A stretch of DNA of 64,000 bases from positions 115,573,344 to 115,637,343 of the forward strand of contig JASCQW010000061.1 in assembly GCA_030264375.1 (NCBI GenBank), given 5' to 3'. The notes under the pieces were generated by a model. That model did no database searches and was not told where the DNA came from. It worked only from the letters and a program-made list of their open reading frames with translations. The stretch is from Carcharhinus longimanus (Eukaryota). Positions 51,716 through 64,000 of this stretch are shown one piece after another (the first letter of the stretch is position 1; every line of letters begins with the position of its first letter). Position numbers and translations under genes: made by a program.

Positions 51716-52230
51716 AACCTATCCAATCAGCCTTGAATAAATTCAATAGGTGGGATTTCCTGGTCTCCCTCACCCCGAAACTGGAAAATCCTACCTGAGA
51801 TCAACAGACCTTTCCATGGTCCACCCCTCACCCTCTCCAATTCCCGTGATGGGTAGGATGGTAAAATTCACCCAATGATCCTGACTCAATTGTTTACTGG
51901 GGAAGAGAATTCCACAGATAATAACCCAGAGAAAAAAAGCTCCTTTTCTCTGCCTTAAATGGGAAACAAATTATGTTCATCTGAGTCCCGTGTTTGATTC
52001 CTCCCTACAAGCGAAATCCACTCAATCAAGTCCCCTCAGGACCTTATATGTTTGAGTGAGATCTCCCTCATTCTTCTAAACGCCAATTAGTATGGGTCCA
52101 ACCTGCTCAACCTTTCTTTATATGATAAGCCTTCCATACCAGGAATCAGTTAAGTGACCCTTCTCCAACCTGTGACTATGTTATTAGATCCTTTATTCAA
52201 ATAAGGAGACCAAAACTGTACACTTCCGGC
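51715..52230 (-). mobile_element. CR1 fragment containing MITE copy 2 (51748-51873)
   Basis: ctccctcattcttctaaac..aataaggagaccaaaactgtacac. The MITE is flanked by AAT on both sides. Confidence 0.7.
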
Positions 52231-52691
52231 CATAACTTCCAATGGAGTGGTAACTGAGGTGGATCATCACTCCACTCAGAGCTTCTAATCCTGAAATCCA
52301 AGTGACCTATCTCGTCTGACCTTCTGAGAGACTGAGCAACATCTAGGCAGTGCAGTAATCCCTGGGGCCTAGTGCAGAGGGCTGTAAAGCTGAATATAAG
52401 AAAGCCACACCTCTTTTTTACAGCATTAGCTGCAGTCATTGGAGAGGTGAGAGGGGCTGGCTGGATAGCTGTGAGGGGAGTCCACCGAGGAGGGGGATGT
52501 TTGTGTGGGTCTGTACAATAGTTAATCAGAAGTGAAAAGTGGTTTCAATCCATCTAACTCTTTCTGGATAACTACTAATATCAGAACCATCCAAAGTTTA
52601 CAATTTAAATGGCAATTTTTGAATGGTTCCCAATGCAGGTCAATGGGAATTGCCCATGCGAAGTTTCCAGGCAATTGCCATCCAAACTTCA

Positions 52692-53290
52692 TGTTAGGGA
52701 CAGGACGGGATGTAATTGTACCCTGATTCTCCTCTCACCACCCAGAAAGGTGTTTCAACTTCCCCTTTTATAAGCAGTGGCTTATTCAACTTAGGCTAGG
52801 TTTGATCCAACTTTTATTAATAGCCCCACAGCAAACCTGAGATAGAGTAAACTTTAATCATACACAAAATGTAGGAGGGGGTACCATGACATAACCACCG
52901 ATGCACTCATACCATAAAAAAGAGAGATGGAGAAAGAACGATTTGTAGGGAAACGAATGCAGGGAAAATAATTATTGTTTCTTGGAGTCCAGAGTCCAGA
53001 ATCAAAAGTCCAATGGCGAATTCCTTCAGAGAGATCAGCAGCAGGCTGAAGCAATCCCAATCATTCATTTTTCCAGTCGAGTTGACTTCCATAATGAGAT
53101 AGGCATGCAGAGATGAATTAGTCTTGTAGGTGATGGTAGATGAGTTCATAAATCACAGTAGAAACAGTGTTGGTGGGGCAGGTATTCAAATCTGAACACA
53201 GCCCGTTTTCTGAGTTGCTGCTTGCTAGGTGGACCTTTGCAGCTCTATAAGGCAATATCATAGGTTCCTACAACTAGTCATATGTCAAAT
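52692..53290 (-). mobile_element. Probable LTR related to 6877-7937 (far boundary uncertain)
   Basis: Reverse complement ends ..ccctaACA and shares ggtttgctgtgg..ttggatca..ggtggtga..aatcag with 7775-7910. Confidence 0.45.
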
Positions 53291-53294
53291 CACT

Positions 53295-53535
53295 CCCAGT
53301 GGTTATCACTACTGCCCCACAGCAACAGGGATCCGAGTTCGATTCCCGGCTTGACTCTCTGTCTGTGTGGAGTCTGCACATTCTCCCCATGGCTGCATGG
53401 GTTTCCTCCCATCGTCTGAAAGACATGCTAGTTAGGTTCATTGGCCATGCTAGAATTCTCCCTCAGTGTACCTGAAAAGGTGCTGGAGTATGGCAACTAG
53501 GAGATTTTCACAGTATCTTCATGCACTGTTAAAAA
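53295..53535 (+). mobile_element. V-SINE with type B tail
   Basis: cagtggttatcac..gagttcgattcc..gtgtggagtctgcacattctcccc..gattttcacagta. Confidence 0.8.
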
Positions 53536-53849
53536 CCTCTGCTCTTTGGTTTTGACATATAATGCCTCAGATTGTACCTCTTAATGGTTGGAACATAGAC
53601 AAAGGAAGATTGCGGGGCTCTTTGTCCTAAATGGTCTTTATCTTTCAGATTTGTTTTTGGGCGTCAGACTCAAGCTGATGGAATACTGTTTTCTTGACTT
53701 GTGACCTTCGGCTGCTTTGCCAGCAATGAGGGCTGCCTGGTTACATAGTTCAGCATTTTTTGTTGAGCCAGTCCTGGTGACAGCAATGCTTGTATCTGGG
53801 CACAAAAGTCTAGTACAGCTGACTTGATTTAATCCCATTGTTCTGGAAT

Positions 53850-54650
53850 TCAGTTGGACGTGTGAAGAGTTCCAGATTAGTTGAGAGCTGCCGTTGAAAT
53901 TCCTCTTTTCAGTCCGGCTGCTTTAGGACTGAGACATTGATCTTCTTCCTCTGTGATTTCTGGGCTGTGATGTCTTGGTCCTAGGTAGATATTTATCACC
54001 AATCGAATAATTTTATGACCAGTCCAACAGACATCAGACCTTGTATGGATTGCGTGTTACAAATCTTTCATCCAAACCATGACATAATCCAGGAGGTGCC
54101 AATGCTGTGATCTAGTATGCCTCTATCTGGTTTTATATTTGTCCTTCTGGTAGAAGAGGATGTTTGTTGTAGTGAAGTCATGCTGAGCATACTTTAACAG
54201 CAGAGGATGCTACTTACATTGACTTTTCCATTACAATTTTTTTTCCAATAGTTCCACTCCAAACATTGGAGTCACAACCAATCTGGCATTAATGTCCCCC
54301 AGAAGGATGATCTTTTCTTCTTTTGGGGTGGCAGTGAGGAATTAATCAAGGCCAGAATAGGACTTTCCCTAAATTCTTCAACAAAGTCAAGGTAAAACCG
54401 ATGGCAGTGACATTTCGGTTACGATAAAACTGTGGGTGAAGTATCAAGAATCTTTCATTTATGAAATTGGGGAGTTCTGTCAGTACATCCAAGATGCTAA
54501 TCTCGATGGCAAAACCAATTCACAAGAGATACTATTAGCCTCTCCTTTCCAGTTGAAGGTGTTTCCTCCTACCTAATCCTTCAGCTGCCCCTCCTCACAA
54601 AGGTGAGTCTCACTGCAGGAGGAAATGTCAATTTAGTCTTGTTATCTCAT
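53850..54650 (-). mobile_element. RTE LINE endonuclease-region fragment
   Basis: Reverse strand gives LQ*DSP, EKIILLGDINAR, RSQHWHLLDYVMV and CWTGHKII, which are APE motifs. Confidence 0.65.
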
Positions 54651-55437
54651 GTTTAAGCAACCATTCTCTGCTGCCATGTTAGAATTCAGATAGTTAATCT
54701 ATGGAGCATAGTGCATGGGAGCTGAATCTTCACACATTTTAAGCTTTTATTTTTAGAGACACACATTACATATTGTACACTTTGATTTTTTTTGATGCCT
54801 GAATACAGTTAAACACCTAATATAACAATTAATAAACTGCATTACCACCTTCACCATTGCTCCATTCACTTCAGCTCCTTAATTTGTTTACCAACAATCC
54901 CTATCAACCACAACTCATACTTCACATTCAAACCCTCCATTCAACTTCATACACTTAGCACTGCTCATCTCATAGCTTGCATAAAATGTAATATTCAATG
55001 GCAGGAACATCATCCAAATACAATGTACACATAACATTCAATGACATGCTTTNNNNNNNNNNNNNNNNNCAGCATGAGATAAGCACAGCTACATGTCCTC
55101 ACCCCCATGGGGGAGATGGTGCTGGAAATAATTGGGCAGTTGTCCCTGAGGCAATGGCCAGTGGTATAACTGAAACTATCAAGAATGATGATGTGTTCTT
55201 GCCTAATTGACTTTCTTAGATCTCACTTGAACAGCTTCTCACAATCTGTTGTTATGTATAAGGTGCAGATGTTGCAACTAAGCACCTCTCGCCTTCTGCT
55301 GCTTCCCTTGCTTCAACCCTCCCCTTGTCCCTTTATGCTTTCAGGTAACCACGTGGCCCGATACTGGTGCAAGAAACTGAAAGCCAAGAGGGAGAACAGG
55401 CTAGGGACGAAGAAACATTATCCCTAGGCAACTACCA

Positions 55438-55731
55438 AATCCCACCACGGCAGATGGTGGAATTTGAACTCAATTTAAAAAAATCTGGAATTAAGAATCT
55501 ACTGATGACCATGAAACCATTGTCAATTGCCAGAAAAACCCATCTGATTCGCTAATGTCAATTAGGGAAAGATGTCTGCCATACTTACCTGGTCTGGCCT
55601 GGCCTACATGTGATTGCAGAGCCACAGCAATGTGATTGACTCTCAATTACCCTCCAAGGGCAACTAGGGATGGGCAATAAATGCTCACTAGCCAGCGATG
55701 CCCATACCCCATGAGTGAATTAAAAAAAAAT
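55438..55731 (+). mobile_element. tRNA/Meta-like SINE (5'-truncated) with LINE family B tail
   Basis: atcccaccacggcagatggtggaatttgaa..aaaaacccatctg..caagggcaactagggatgggcaataaatgc..poly(A). Confidence 0.8.
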
Positions 55732-56139
55732 ACCACTCAGATATAGACACTGCATTGACTTTAGGGGATAGCAAAGAGATAGGATCTGCACATGGTGAGT
55801 CACTAGGCACAAGTGGGTTGTCAGAACTGGGAGAAAGGACAATATGTGTGCCAACTACCCAGTGGATGAAGCCACACATGAGTTCTGCTGCTGGGTACTC
55901 AGGTGAGGATTTTGATGGGCTATTTCATAAACTTTATCAAGAGGACACAATGGTCTTCCTCAACAGAGAAATGGTATGAAGTTGGACTGCTGGACAACGG
56001 GGATCTTGGATTGTTTTCAGGGGAATCACAGTCAAAATGGGTGCTCATGGGTAGCCCATCCGGAACATTTATGTGCTGATTGCCACACTCTTCTTCTTTC
56101 ACTTCCTTCTCCTCCTGAGATAGTTGTCGAATCTATACC

Positions 56140-56880
56140 GACAAGGGTTGTGCCCTCATGATTGCCAGACTGTGGAAAATGTAGCACATCACCTAATACC
56201 ACAACATCTACTCCAGACAGAAATGAATGACTTCTCCAGAGCGACTGAGGCAGAACGTTCGCTTTAGCACCTCAATTGTCTGCTTGATGATGCTCCTTGT
56301 GATATCATGGCTCTCATATAAAGTGTCATAAATGGTTGGGTTGCAGAGGGCAGTCATCAGCCAGGTGTAAAGCAGATAGGCATTTGTTATTTAGCAGCTC
56401 CCGTGGAGGCTGCAAGTTTTCTGGAACAGACTGATTCAGAATTAACACATCAAAACTGCTGCATGATAGCATGCCGCGGCACTCAAACTGCGCACTGAGT
56501 GAATGCAATTATAGTACATCTCAGCAGGGAAACGAGGTAGACTTAAAGCCATATCTGTGAGTCAAAGTCACCCTGCACCATGGGGAAGCCCACTGTTATG
56601 ATACAGTCAATTGCATGCTCCTATTGTTTCTCTGTTCAGAGAGAAGACAATGAAATTCCCTCTCCTGGCATACAAAGAACCAGTTGCCTCCTGAATCTGA
56701 CAATGGATAGTGAGTTAGCTATGTCACCGACTGCAACCTAGAAGGATTCCTATGTGCAGAAGTTGAGGGCCAATATCATCTCCCTGGCACTGGCATCTTC
56801 ACTCTGATTTGGAGCTGCAAGTCCGGTTCCAAGTTTGTTGGCACTTCCTGAATCACAGATGCCAAATAAACAGTTTAGTT
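56140..56880 (-). mobile_element. PIF/Harbinger DDE transposase remnant (HARBI1-like)
   Basis: Frame-hopping translation gives ALNFCT*ESF*VAVGDIAN; LYARRGNFIVF; GFPMVQGDFD; HSLSAQ; SSFDVLILNQS; YTWLMTALCNP; YESHDITRSIIKQTIEVLKRTFCLSRSG; CYIFHSLAI. Confidence 0.8.
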
Positions 56881-57035
56881 GGAGATAGGATAAACACTCC
56901 TGGCAGACTCCAGTTCAATAAAACCCCTTGCTAGGTACCCCTTTGCCCCTTCACTCCTCCCTTTGCAAGCAGCTTCTCTTCTACTTTGCTACCTCTGGAC
57001 TGCTACTATGGCATCCAGTGCTGGTAACATGTGGA

Positions 57036-57165
57036 TAAGAGCAATTTACTGTGGAATCTGAAACCAAAAGAGAAAATGCTGGAAAATCTCAGCAGGTCTG
57101 GCAGCATCTGTAAGGGGAGAAGAGAGCTGATGTTTCGAGTCCAGATGACCCTTTGATAAAGGGTC
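57036..57165 (-). mobile_element. Penelope-like terminal fragment (family 2) with a partial hammerhead motif
   Basis: Reverse complement reads aagggtc-atctg-gactc-GAAA-catc-agctctc..acagatgctgccagacctgctgagattttccagcatttt, and ends in a hairpin at 57147-57165. Confidence 0.7.
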
Positions 57166-58009
57166 TATGCCAGAAATGGCCGGAAATAATACACATAGCA
57201 CTTTGCTTCTAAACCAGAGCTGGCACAGCGAAGCTGAATTTTGTGGCTGCGTACTTCGCACTTTTCGCGCTTGAGCTGATTCATTCCACCTCTTCTCAGT
57301 TCATTTCCATTGCAGCAATATTTACTTGGACCTCCACAATGAACAGAATAGTATTGCGCAAGACATTGTTTGTAACAAAGTTGAATACTGATGCATTTAA
57401 TAACTTCATAAATTCAGGAAAACCGATGCTTTATTCGTTGTAAAGGTATTGAACATTTTAATTTAAAATTTTTGAATTGTCTGGAATTAAAACATAACAA
57501 CAGCTTGGCCCAGCTAATCCATTCTGATGATCATCCTGCGTTGTCAAAAGAGATACCTGATGATCATCCTGCGCAAGAGTAGGAATGGTATCAAACTTTA
57601 TATTAATGACTGGCCATAACTTCATATTTTAGTACTCAATTATGCTAATGACACAATGTAAACTACAGCATAAATAAGATTATTTTAGTTGACATGTAAG
57701 CTTATTTTACTCAGTTGAGGCTCAAGTCAGTGCATAATATAGACAGTCATATATCTTCAATGTCTGACAGCAAATTACCCTCTTATCAATGATACAGTGA
57801 AAATAAGGTCCTCAGATATCAAGCAGATCAAAAACGCTTCAGTATTACTGATGACTTTTGATAAGCTATCAACGTTAGATAATATTTTAAAGCAATGAAA
57901 GCAGATTAAGTTCAAAAAGGAATTGTCAATACGTGTGAGCACAGTTATTTCGCTCCTTTTCAACCTGGAAAAGAAAATTTCAAGCTTCTTGTTCAGTGAT
58001 TCCGCTTAC

Positions 58010-58238
58010 CTTGCAGGTTTTGCAGTGGTAATGTCATAATGCCTCCGGCAGCAGCTGCGGCAACCAGGCCCTGGATGTTGGTTAAATTGGCAGCCGGCAG
58101 TGTGAGGACGAGGCCCTGCTGGTTGCCAAGCTGACCAGCCATATTAAATGGTATGAGAATTGGCTGATTGAGGGCAGGATTGCTTGTTGGCATCACTCCT
58201 GCTACAGCTGAGGCCAGCTGCTGTGCTGTCAACAATGG
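58010..58238 (-). CDS. POU6F2: Internal coding exon of POU class 6 homeobox 2 (RPF-1), N-terminal region
   Basis: Translates PLLTAQQLASAVAGVMPTSNPALNQPILIPFNMAGQLGNQQGLVLTLPAANLTNIQGLVAAAAAGGIMTLPLQNLQ, nearly identical to the vertebrate POU6F2 segment as I recall it. Acceptor ctctttctgttcttttcag|CCA (AG at 58240-58239); donor CAAG|gtaagc (GT at 58009-58008). 229 nt, phase 0 to phase 1. Confidence 0.93.
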
Positions 58239-59899
58239 CTGAAAAGAACAGAAAGAGTGGTTCAGTGATTAATATGAATGTTCCCCAGGTTAATTGGTAA
58301 CTATAGTTTGGTCACATTAGCGCTCACTGCCTGTCAATATCATCTTATCCGATTAGTTTCTAATAATTCAAATATACATCACTTTATTAAATTTCTTCTG
58401 AAGCCGAAGCCGGTTGTATACAACATTCAATGTCTGTATGGTGTCCCATAGCTAAGCTTCTGATCTAACAGGCAGGTAGAAAGTAGTAGATTTTGAAACT
58501 AGTGCTTCATGTTAAAGTGCTACTGTAGCAACCTGAACTATTCTACGGCTTTTAAGCATTAAAGCAAGTATAATTCTTTAAGCTACATATTAAGTTACGA
58601 ATTAAGACTGTAAAAAGTAGCAATTTATTGAAGATGATTAATTGATTGCTACTGGGGAAGATAGTTAATTATTCAGCTCATTACTAAAATAGAGTTGAGG
58701 CAAGCAGCCACTGACCTTTCCCTCACTGCTTGCACTTAATTACACCTCATCTGTCACATTCTTCCTAACCCCACTGTGTATTTGTGGAAATTGGACTCAT
58801 CATTTCTTGGTTTAACTAGAACCTCAAAGGCTCAATAACCAGTAACTGCTAAAAATGACCTGCTCAGACCCTGCATGAGGAATAGAGTCCAACAGTCTTT
58901 GCTAATCTATCCAGTTAGAAACAAGGAAAGCAGTCAGTTGCAACTGAGGTAGATTGCAACGTACGCAAGCACTGATTAGAGATTTGTATTAATTCAATGG
59001 AATCATAATGTTGTACAAAATACTTTGATCTGATTTATTATTGTCACATCTATTAGTATACGATGAAAAATATTGTTTCTTATGTGCTATGCGGACAAAG
59101 TATACCATAATGGAATCATAATATTGAAAAATATCCACTCTTTGTACATTTGTAACAAGTTGGAAAATCTTTTACAACTTAATGGTCAATTTTTATCACC
59201 TAATAGATTACAAATGATGGAATTGCATGATCTGAGGAAAATTACTTGTGTGTTCAGTGACATTTCGGATTATATTCTCTGGAGTTTAGAAGAGTGAGAG
59301 GGGATCTCCTAGAAAGTTATACACTTCTAACAGGGTTAGACAGGGTAGATTCAGAAAGAAAGTTCTGAATGGTGGGGGAGTCCAGAACTTTGGCAATCGG
59401 CAAGAACAAAATGACTCAGCTCCCATTTATCCCCATGGCTCATTGGAAGTTGTATTTTATTCTCAAGAATTCAGGCTCCAATTCACATCTGGAACACCTT
59501 TCCCAGGACTTATTCAATGGACTGATAATCAGCTTCGGAGTTTCTCCCTCACTAACTGACTGTAATTGCATCTCAATGACTTCAGAACAAATGTGTACTT
59601 GTGATTGGTATATGCAAATTACTTGCAAGATAGCCAAAGATATAATTAGATATAGCTTTAGGGGCTAAAGGACCAGTACCATGTACATGCCATTGATTAC
59701 AGGTTGGGTATCCTGTTGGCTCAGAGAATCACGACCCATGATCAAACCATCTCTGACATAAATACCCATAAAAACGACAGATGAAGGTACCACCTCTTAT
59801 CATGTCTGCAGAAACTCTCAGAAATGACAGAAACACCTGGTGCAACCTGAGCTGTGTGCGAGACTGCCAGAACCTTTGAAGAATTTAGCTCTCAATTTT

Positions 59900-61738
59900 C
59901 TAACCTTAGCTCCCTGTCAAAAAAGATAAAGATAATAGCAAATTAAAAGAAATATTGTACAATTCTGCAAAGTGGTGTGTCAGAAGACTGGACAGATTTT
60001 AAGACCAGCAAAGAAAGACTAAAAAAAAGCAGAGAGAAAGTTGGGAGAAAGTTGTGCAGGAATATAAAAACAGATAAGAGTATTTAAAAAGAAAAAGAAT
60101 AAAGTGAACTTTGTTCTTCTCAAGAGTGAGTTTGGGGATTATTAATGGAAAACAAGAAAATGGCACAAGCAAAGAACAGGTCCATTTTCATTGTCAGAGA
60201 GTTGGAAAATTTCCTAAACATATTTGGAAATCAAGAGGTGAAAGGGAAGGAGAGACTTAAAACAATGACCAGTGCCAGGGAAAAGGCTGGAAAAGCTATT
60301 AGACCTAAAGGCTGACAAGCCTCCAGAACTGTTGGCCTGCATTCTAGGGTTTTAAAAGGAGTGGCTGCATAGATGGTAGAAGCATTAATTTTCCAAATTT
60401 TCTTGATTCTGGAAGGGTCCAGTGATTTGAAAATTAGCAAATGTAAATAATTGATGCAGAAAGCAGCAAACTATAGGCCAGTTAGCCTAACATCTGTTTT
60501 TGGTAAATCACGAGAATCCATTATTCAAGAAATTATACCAAGATATTTAGAAAATGATAATGGAATTAGGCAGAGTCAACATGGTTTTGTGAAAGGGAAA
60601 CCACGTTTAATTAATTAGTTATTTGAGGAAGTAACAAGCAATGCGGATAAAGATGAACCTGTAGATGTGGTGTACTTGCCTTTCCAAAAATCATTTGATA
60701 AGGTGCCATATCAAAATTTGTTAACAAAATCAGAGCTCATGGTGACGAGGGGTAACATATTAGCACGGACACAGAATTGATTAGCTAACAGGAAGAAGAA
60801 AAAAGGGATAAGTGGCTCATTTTTGAATTAGAAAGCTGTAAGGAACGGAGTGGCGCAGGACCAGAGTTGAGGCTTCAACTATTTACAATTATTATATGAA
60901 TGAGGGACATAAATATATGATGGCTGAATTTACCATCAACACTGCAATAGATAGGAAAGTAAATTATCAAGAGAAGGTAAGGAGTTATAAGGTTAGTTGA
61001 GTGTGTAAAATTAGATGGATGGAGTATAAGATGAAAAATGTGAGCTTGTCCACTTTAGCAGAAAGAAAAGAAAGGTATTATACTATTTAAATGGAGAGAG
61101 ATTTCATAACTTGGTGGCACAGAGAGATCTGAGTGTCCTGGTACATGGCTCTCAAAAGGTTACTATGCAGGAATAGCCTTGGTGCAGCCACATTTGGAGA
61201 ATTCTGTTCAGTTTTGGTCTCCTTACTTGAAAAAGGAGAGAACTGCATTAGAAGCAGTTTAGAAAACGTTCATTTCTCATTTTGGTATGAAGGGTTTATC
61301 TTGTAAAGAAAGTTTGAACAGGTTGGGCCTTTCCCCAGTGGAATTTAGAAGAACAAGATGTGATCTTATTGAACCATATAAGATCCTGAGAGATTTGATA
61401 GGGTGGATCCGAGGAGGATGTATCCTTCTGTAGGGAGCCTAGAATTAGGGGACGCAGTTTAAGAATAAGAGGTCTCCCTTTTCAGATGGAGATGAAGAAT
61501 TATTTTTTCTCTCAGATGGTTATTAGTCTGTGGAATTTTCTTCTCCAGAAAGAATTGGAGGCTGAATCATTGAATTTGTGCAAAACTAAGTTGGATAGAC
61601 TTTTGATAGACCATGGAGCCAAGGGCAAAGAGGAAAGAGAAATTGAGCCCACAATCAGTTCAATCATGAGCTTGACGAATGGCGGAGCAGGCTGGAAAGA
61701 CCAAATGGCCTATTCTTGCACCTAAGTCCAATGTTTTT
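59900..61738 (+). mobile_element. CR1 LINE, RT domain to 3' tail, degenerate
   Basis: NYRPVSLTSVFGK; QSQHGFVKGK; FEEVTS..VDVVYLPFQKSFDKVP; EMKNYFFSQMVISLWN; tail caaatggcctattcttg. Confidence 0.9.
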
Positions 61739-62959
61739 ATGCCGCCTGTCCATCTCAGGGTATGATGGACTGTGCCTAGGGGATATGCCACTTTAGGATT
61801 GAACATTGTCTGTAGCCATAGAGGACAATTCACGAATGGCAGTCTCTTCTGCAGCTGGCACAAGTGAACAATGTTGGCCCAAGGTGTTTTATCCTTCCTG
61901 CAGGCTTTTCTTTTCCTCCATCTAGTTGTTTATTGTGCCCTCTCCTTTTTCTACACCCTTTCTAATCTCTTATCTCCAGGAACTCCACTCAGTAGCAAGG
62001 GCTTTCCACACATTGACTCTAATCCCAGTCAAATTTGAGGTCTGGCTGGCATACATCCTGGCGTCATAGAGGCTGGTGACCTGCTGAGCTTGTGCTGACA
62101 ACTAGCTCACTATTGGGTATGTCTTTGGGGAAACGGCCTTCGTCTATTTGATTCACAGTGAATTATAACCATAAGCCCTAATGTAGACTATGTTAAATTG
62201 GGAGCATTCCCTCACAATCACCCTCACTTGAGTTCAAAACAGCTTCTTTGCACAGACACTTATTTTGATTCTGAGAAATGAAATATTTATCCCACAAAGA
62301 AAATGGCTATTAAGAGGTATTACCTACTTCCAGATAGCTTGTTAAATAATTTATAGGCCAGGTTGTAACGAGTTGGATATTATAAGGGTCCAAGGATCTC
62401 TCTTCAAAAATATGTAGCTTCCCACTTTCAGAAATTATAAGAGAGGTGGGTTCTTAAAACTGCTTACAGAAAAATTACAACAAACTTTATAATTTGCAAA
62501 ATTATTTACAATTTTGTTAAAGAATTGTTCAACCTCCAATATCCTTTAAAGTGGAAATGTACATCGCAAAATTAATGACTATAAAATGATGAATAATGTT
62601 GTCTCGGTTCTAATAGAGAATCTAATGAAAATACTTTAAAACACAATGTTGCAACTAAAATTAGTTATGGATCCATCAAAATTAAAAGTAATAGTTCACC
62701 TTAAATCTTTGGATATTCAGTTGCCAGACAGCTGGGCACAAAAGGCTGACTGCTTTAAGATATCCAACCACTCAACAACCAGAGAAGCTGGCGATTTCAA
62801 AAATATATTTGAACCCTTCCACAATACCTTTGTTTTTTTTAGGAAGAAATCAGTACGTTTATACCCTTCTGAACGGGATTAGAATTCCTTTAGCAACTAC
62901 AAGTGCTACCTCTTTGGCTAAACTCCTCTCTTTTAATTAATCTTTATAATTTACACATG

Positions 62960-63485
62960 AACAAGACTAGAGTAGACCACTAGGCACCTCAAGCCTATGA
63001 AATCATTAATTAATCCCAGCTCATTGCACAATTCCAGGTCTCGTACAACATGCTTTCTGGTTGGCTTCAGAACATGCTGTTCTGAGAAACTATCCAGAAA
63101 ATTCTATAAACTCCTCATTATGCTGCCTTAGCCCATATGATTTTTTCAGTCTACATGTAGATTAAAATCTTCCATGATTATCACAATTCCTTTCTGATAA
63201 GCTCCCAGTATTTCTTCCTTTAGGCTCCACCTTATACTATTCAAGGCCCCGTACACACTTCAACAAGTGACTTTTTGCCTTTAGCATTTCTTATCTCTGC
63301 CAAAACAAAGAACAAAGAACAAAACAGTCCGGGAAACAGGCCCTTCGGCCCAACGAGCCCGCGCCGCCACTTCAACACCACCAGTCCACCTCTCCACCCA
63401 TGAAAAACCATTTCCGCATCCTACTTATCTGAACTTAGGTCATCCCTCTAAAGTGCTAATACTGACATTGCCGGTATCGTCCAAA
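62960..63485 (-). mobile_element. Old CR1 endonuclease-region fragment with a short CpG-rich CR1 tail (~63303-63369) nested inside
   Basis: tagattaaaatcttccatgatta is the reverse complement of IMEDFNL. The insert has aacaaag repeats followed by acaggcccttcggcccaacgagccc. Confidence 0.55.
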
Positions 63486-63781
63486 ATAAAGTATGAAGCC
63501 ACGACTATTTGGTACCAGCTCTCCTGCAGGGGTTGTCAGAAAGCTGCCCAATGGATGATAGATTTTCACCTAAGATTTTCATTCCAGATCTTCTGTCAGG
63601 GTTTACTCCCTCAGTCACCTTCTCATCCAATACATTGACAAGCCCCATAGCTGGAGTCTGGTTCTTGGGCACCAAGGCTTAATTACATACCATTGTCCTA
63701 TATGCCAAGTGTCTGGAGACCACGCATCTATCTAGTGTCCTGTAGCTTTATCTAGATCTGATAGGTTCCCTGTTTACATAT

Positions 63782-64000
63782 AGTTTAGTTTGTTTATTTA
63801 GTGTCACAAGTAGGCTTGCATTAACACTGCAATGAAGTTACTGTAAAAAATCCCCTAGTTGCCTCACTCCAGCACCTGTTTGGGTATACTGAGGGAGAAT
63901 TTTAGCCGAACCAGCACATCGTTTGGACTGCAGGAGGAAACCAGAGCACCCAGAGGAAACCCACTTAGACACGGGGAGAATGTGTAGGCTCTGCATATAC
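63782..64000 (-). mobile_element. V-SINE with type B tail (runs off the window)
   Basis: tttatttagtgtcacaagtaggcttgcattaacactgcaatgaagttactg..ggaggaaaccagagcacccagaggaaaccc. Confidence 0.85.

Larger units (their letters stand above)
4804..55069. other. Assembly gaps: 4804-5096, 11986-12133, 12837-12936, 14362-14461, 21263-21362, 22971-23070, 24975-25074, 34260-34359, 55053-55069
   Basis: N runs. Six are exactly 100 N (placeholder size), and several have duplicated flanks. Confidence 0.98.
1..58009 (-). other. POU6F2: Long intron of POU6F2 downstream of the exon
   Basis: No next exon (expected to be Gln/Pro-rich, ATSSLNSQLQ...) seen in 58 kb. Vertebrate POU6F2 has very long introns. A divergent exon or one inside an N-gap cannot be excluded. 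Confidence 0.7.

Noticed and set aside
57993-58235. Stand-alone 80-aa gene as listed in the ORF track
   Set aside because: It is an internal exon. The TTG start and the GKRNH* end are artefacts of ignoring splice sites.
58240-64000. Preceding POU6F2 exon
   Set aside because: No segment encoding the expected upstream peptide with a phase-0 donor was found; it probably lies beyond the window.

Overview
Eukaryotic, repeat-dense genomic DNA from a draft assembly with 9 N-gaps. The repeat content (HE1-type V-SINEs with CR1/HER1 tails, Deu-domain SINEs, abundant CR1) points to a cartilaginous fish, probably a shark. The only host coding sequence I can support is one 229-nt minus-strand exon (58010-58238) of POU6F2/RPF-1, so most or all of the window is intron; no other exon was found. 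The rest is decayed, often nested transposons (CR1, a second CR1-group LINE, L2, RTE, a near-full-length Vingi-like LINE, a Gypsy remnant with LTR and PPT, solo LTRs, a PIF/Harbinger transposase remnant, MITEs, Penelope-like termini) plus AT-rich unique blocks that may be conserved enhancers. Most interesting: (1) small fold-back Penelope-derived inserts, two with long TSDs and one carrying two back-to-back degenerate hammerhead-ribozyme motifs; (2) three locally templated inverted insertions (15, 129 and ~235 bp); (3) a LINE whose 5' end is the head and body of a tRNA-SINE that also shares the LINE's 3' tail; (4) a CCAAT-rich minisatellite split by nested insertions. All family assignments are by eye and from memory of consensus motifs, and most repeat boundaries are approximate. 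No prokaryotic systems are present. Nearly all ORFs in the supplied track are spurious or TE fragments.
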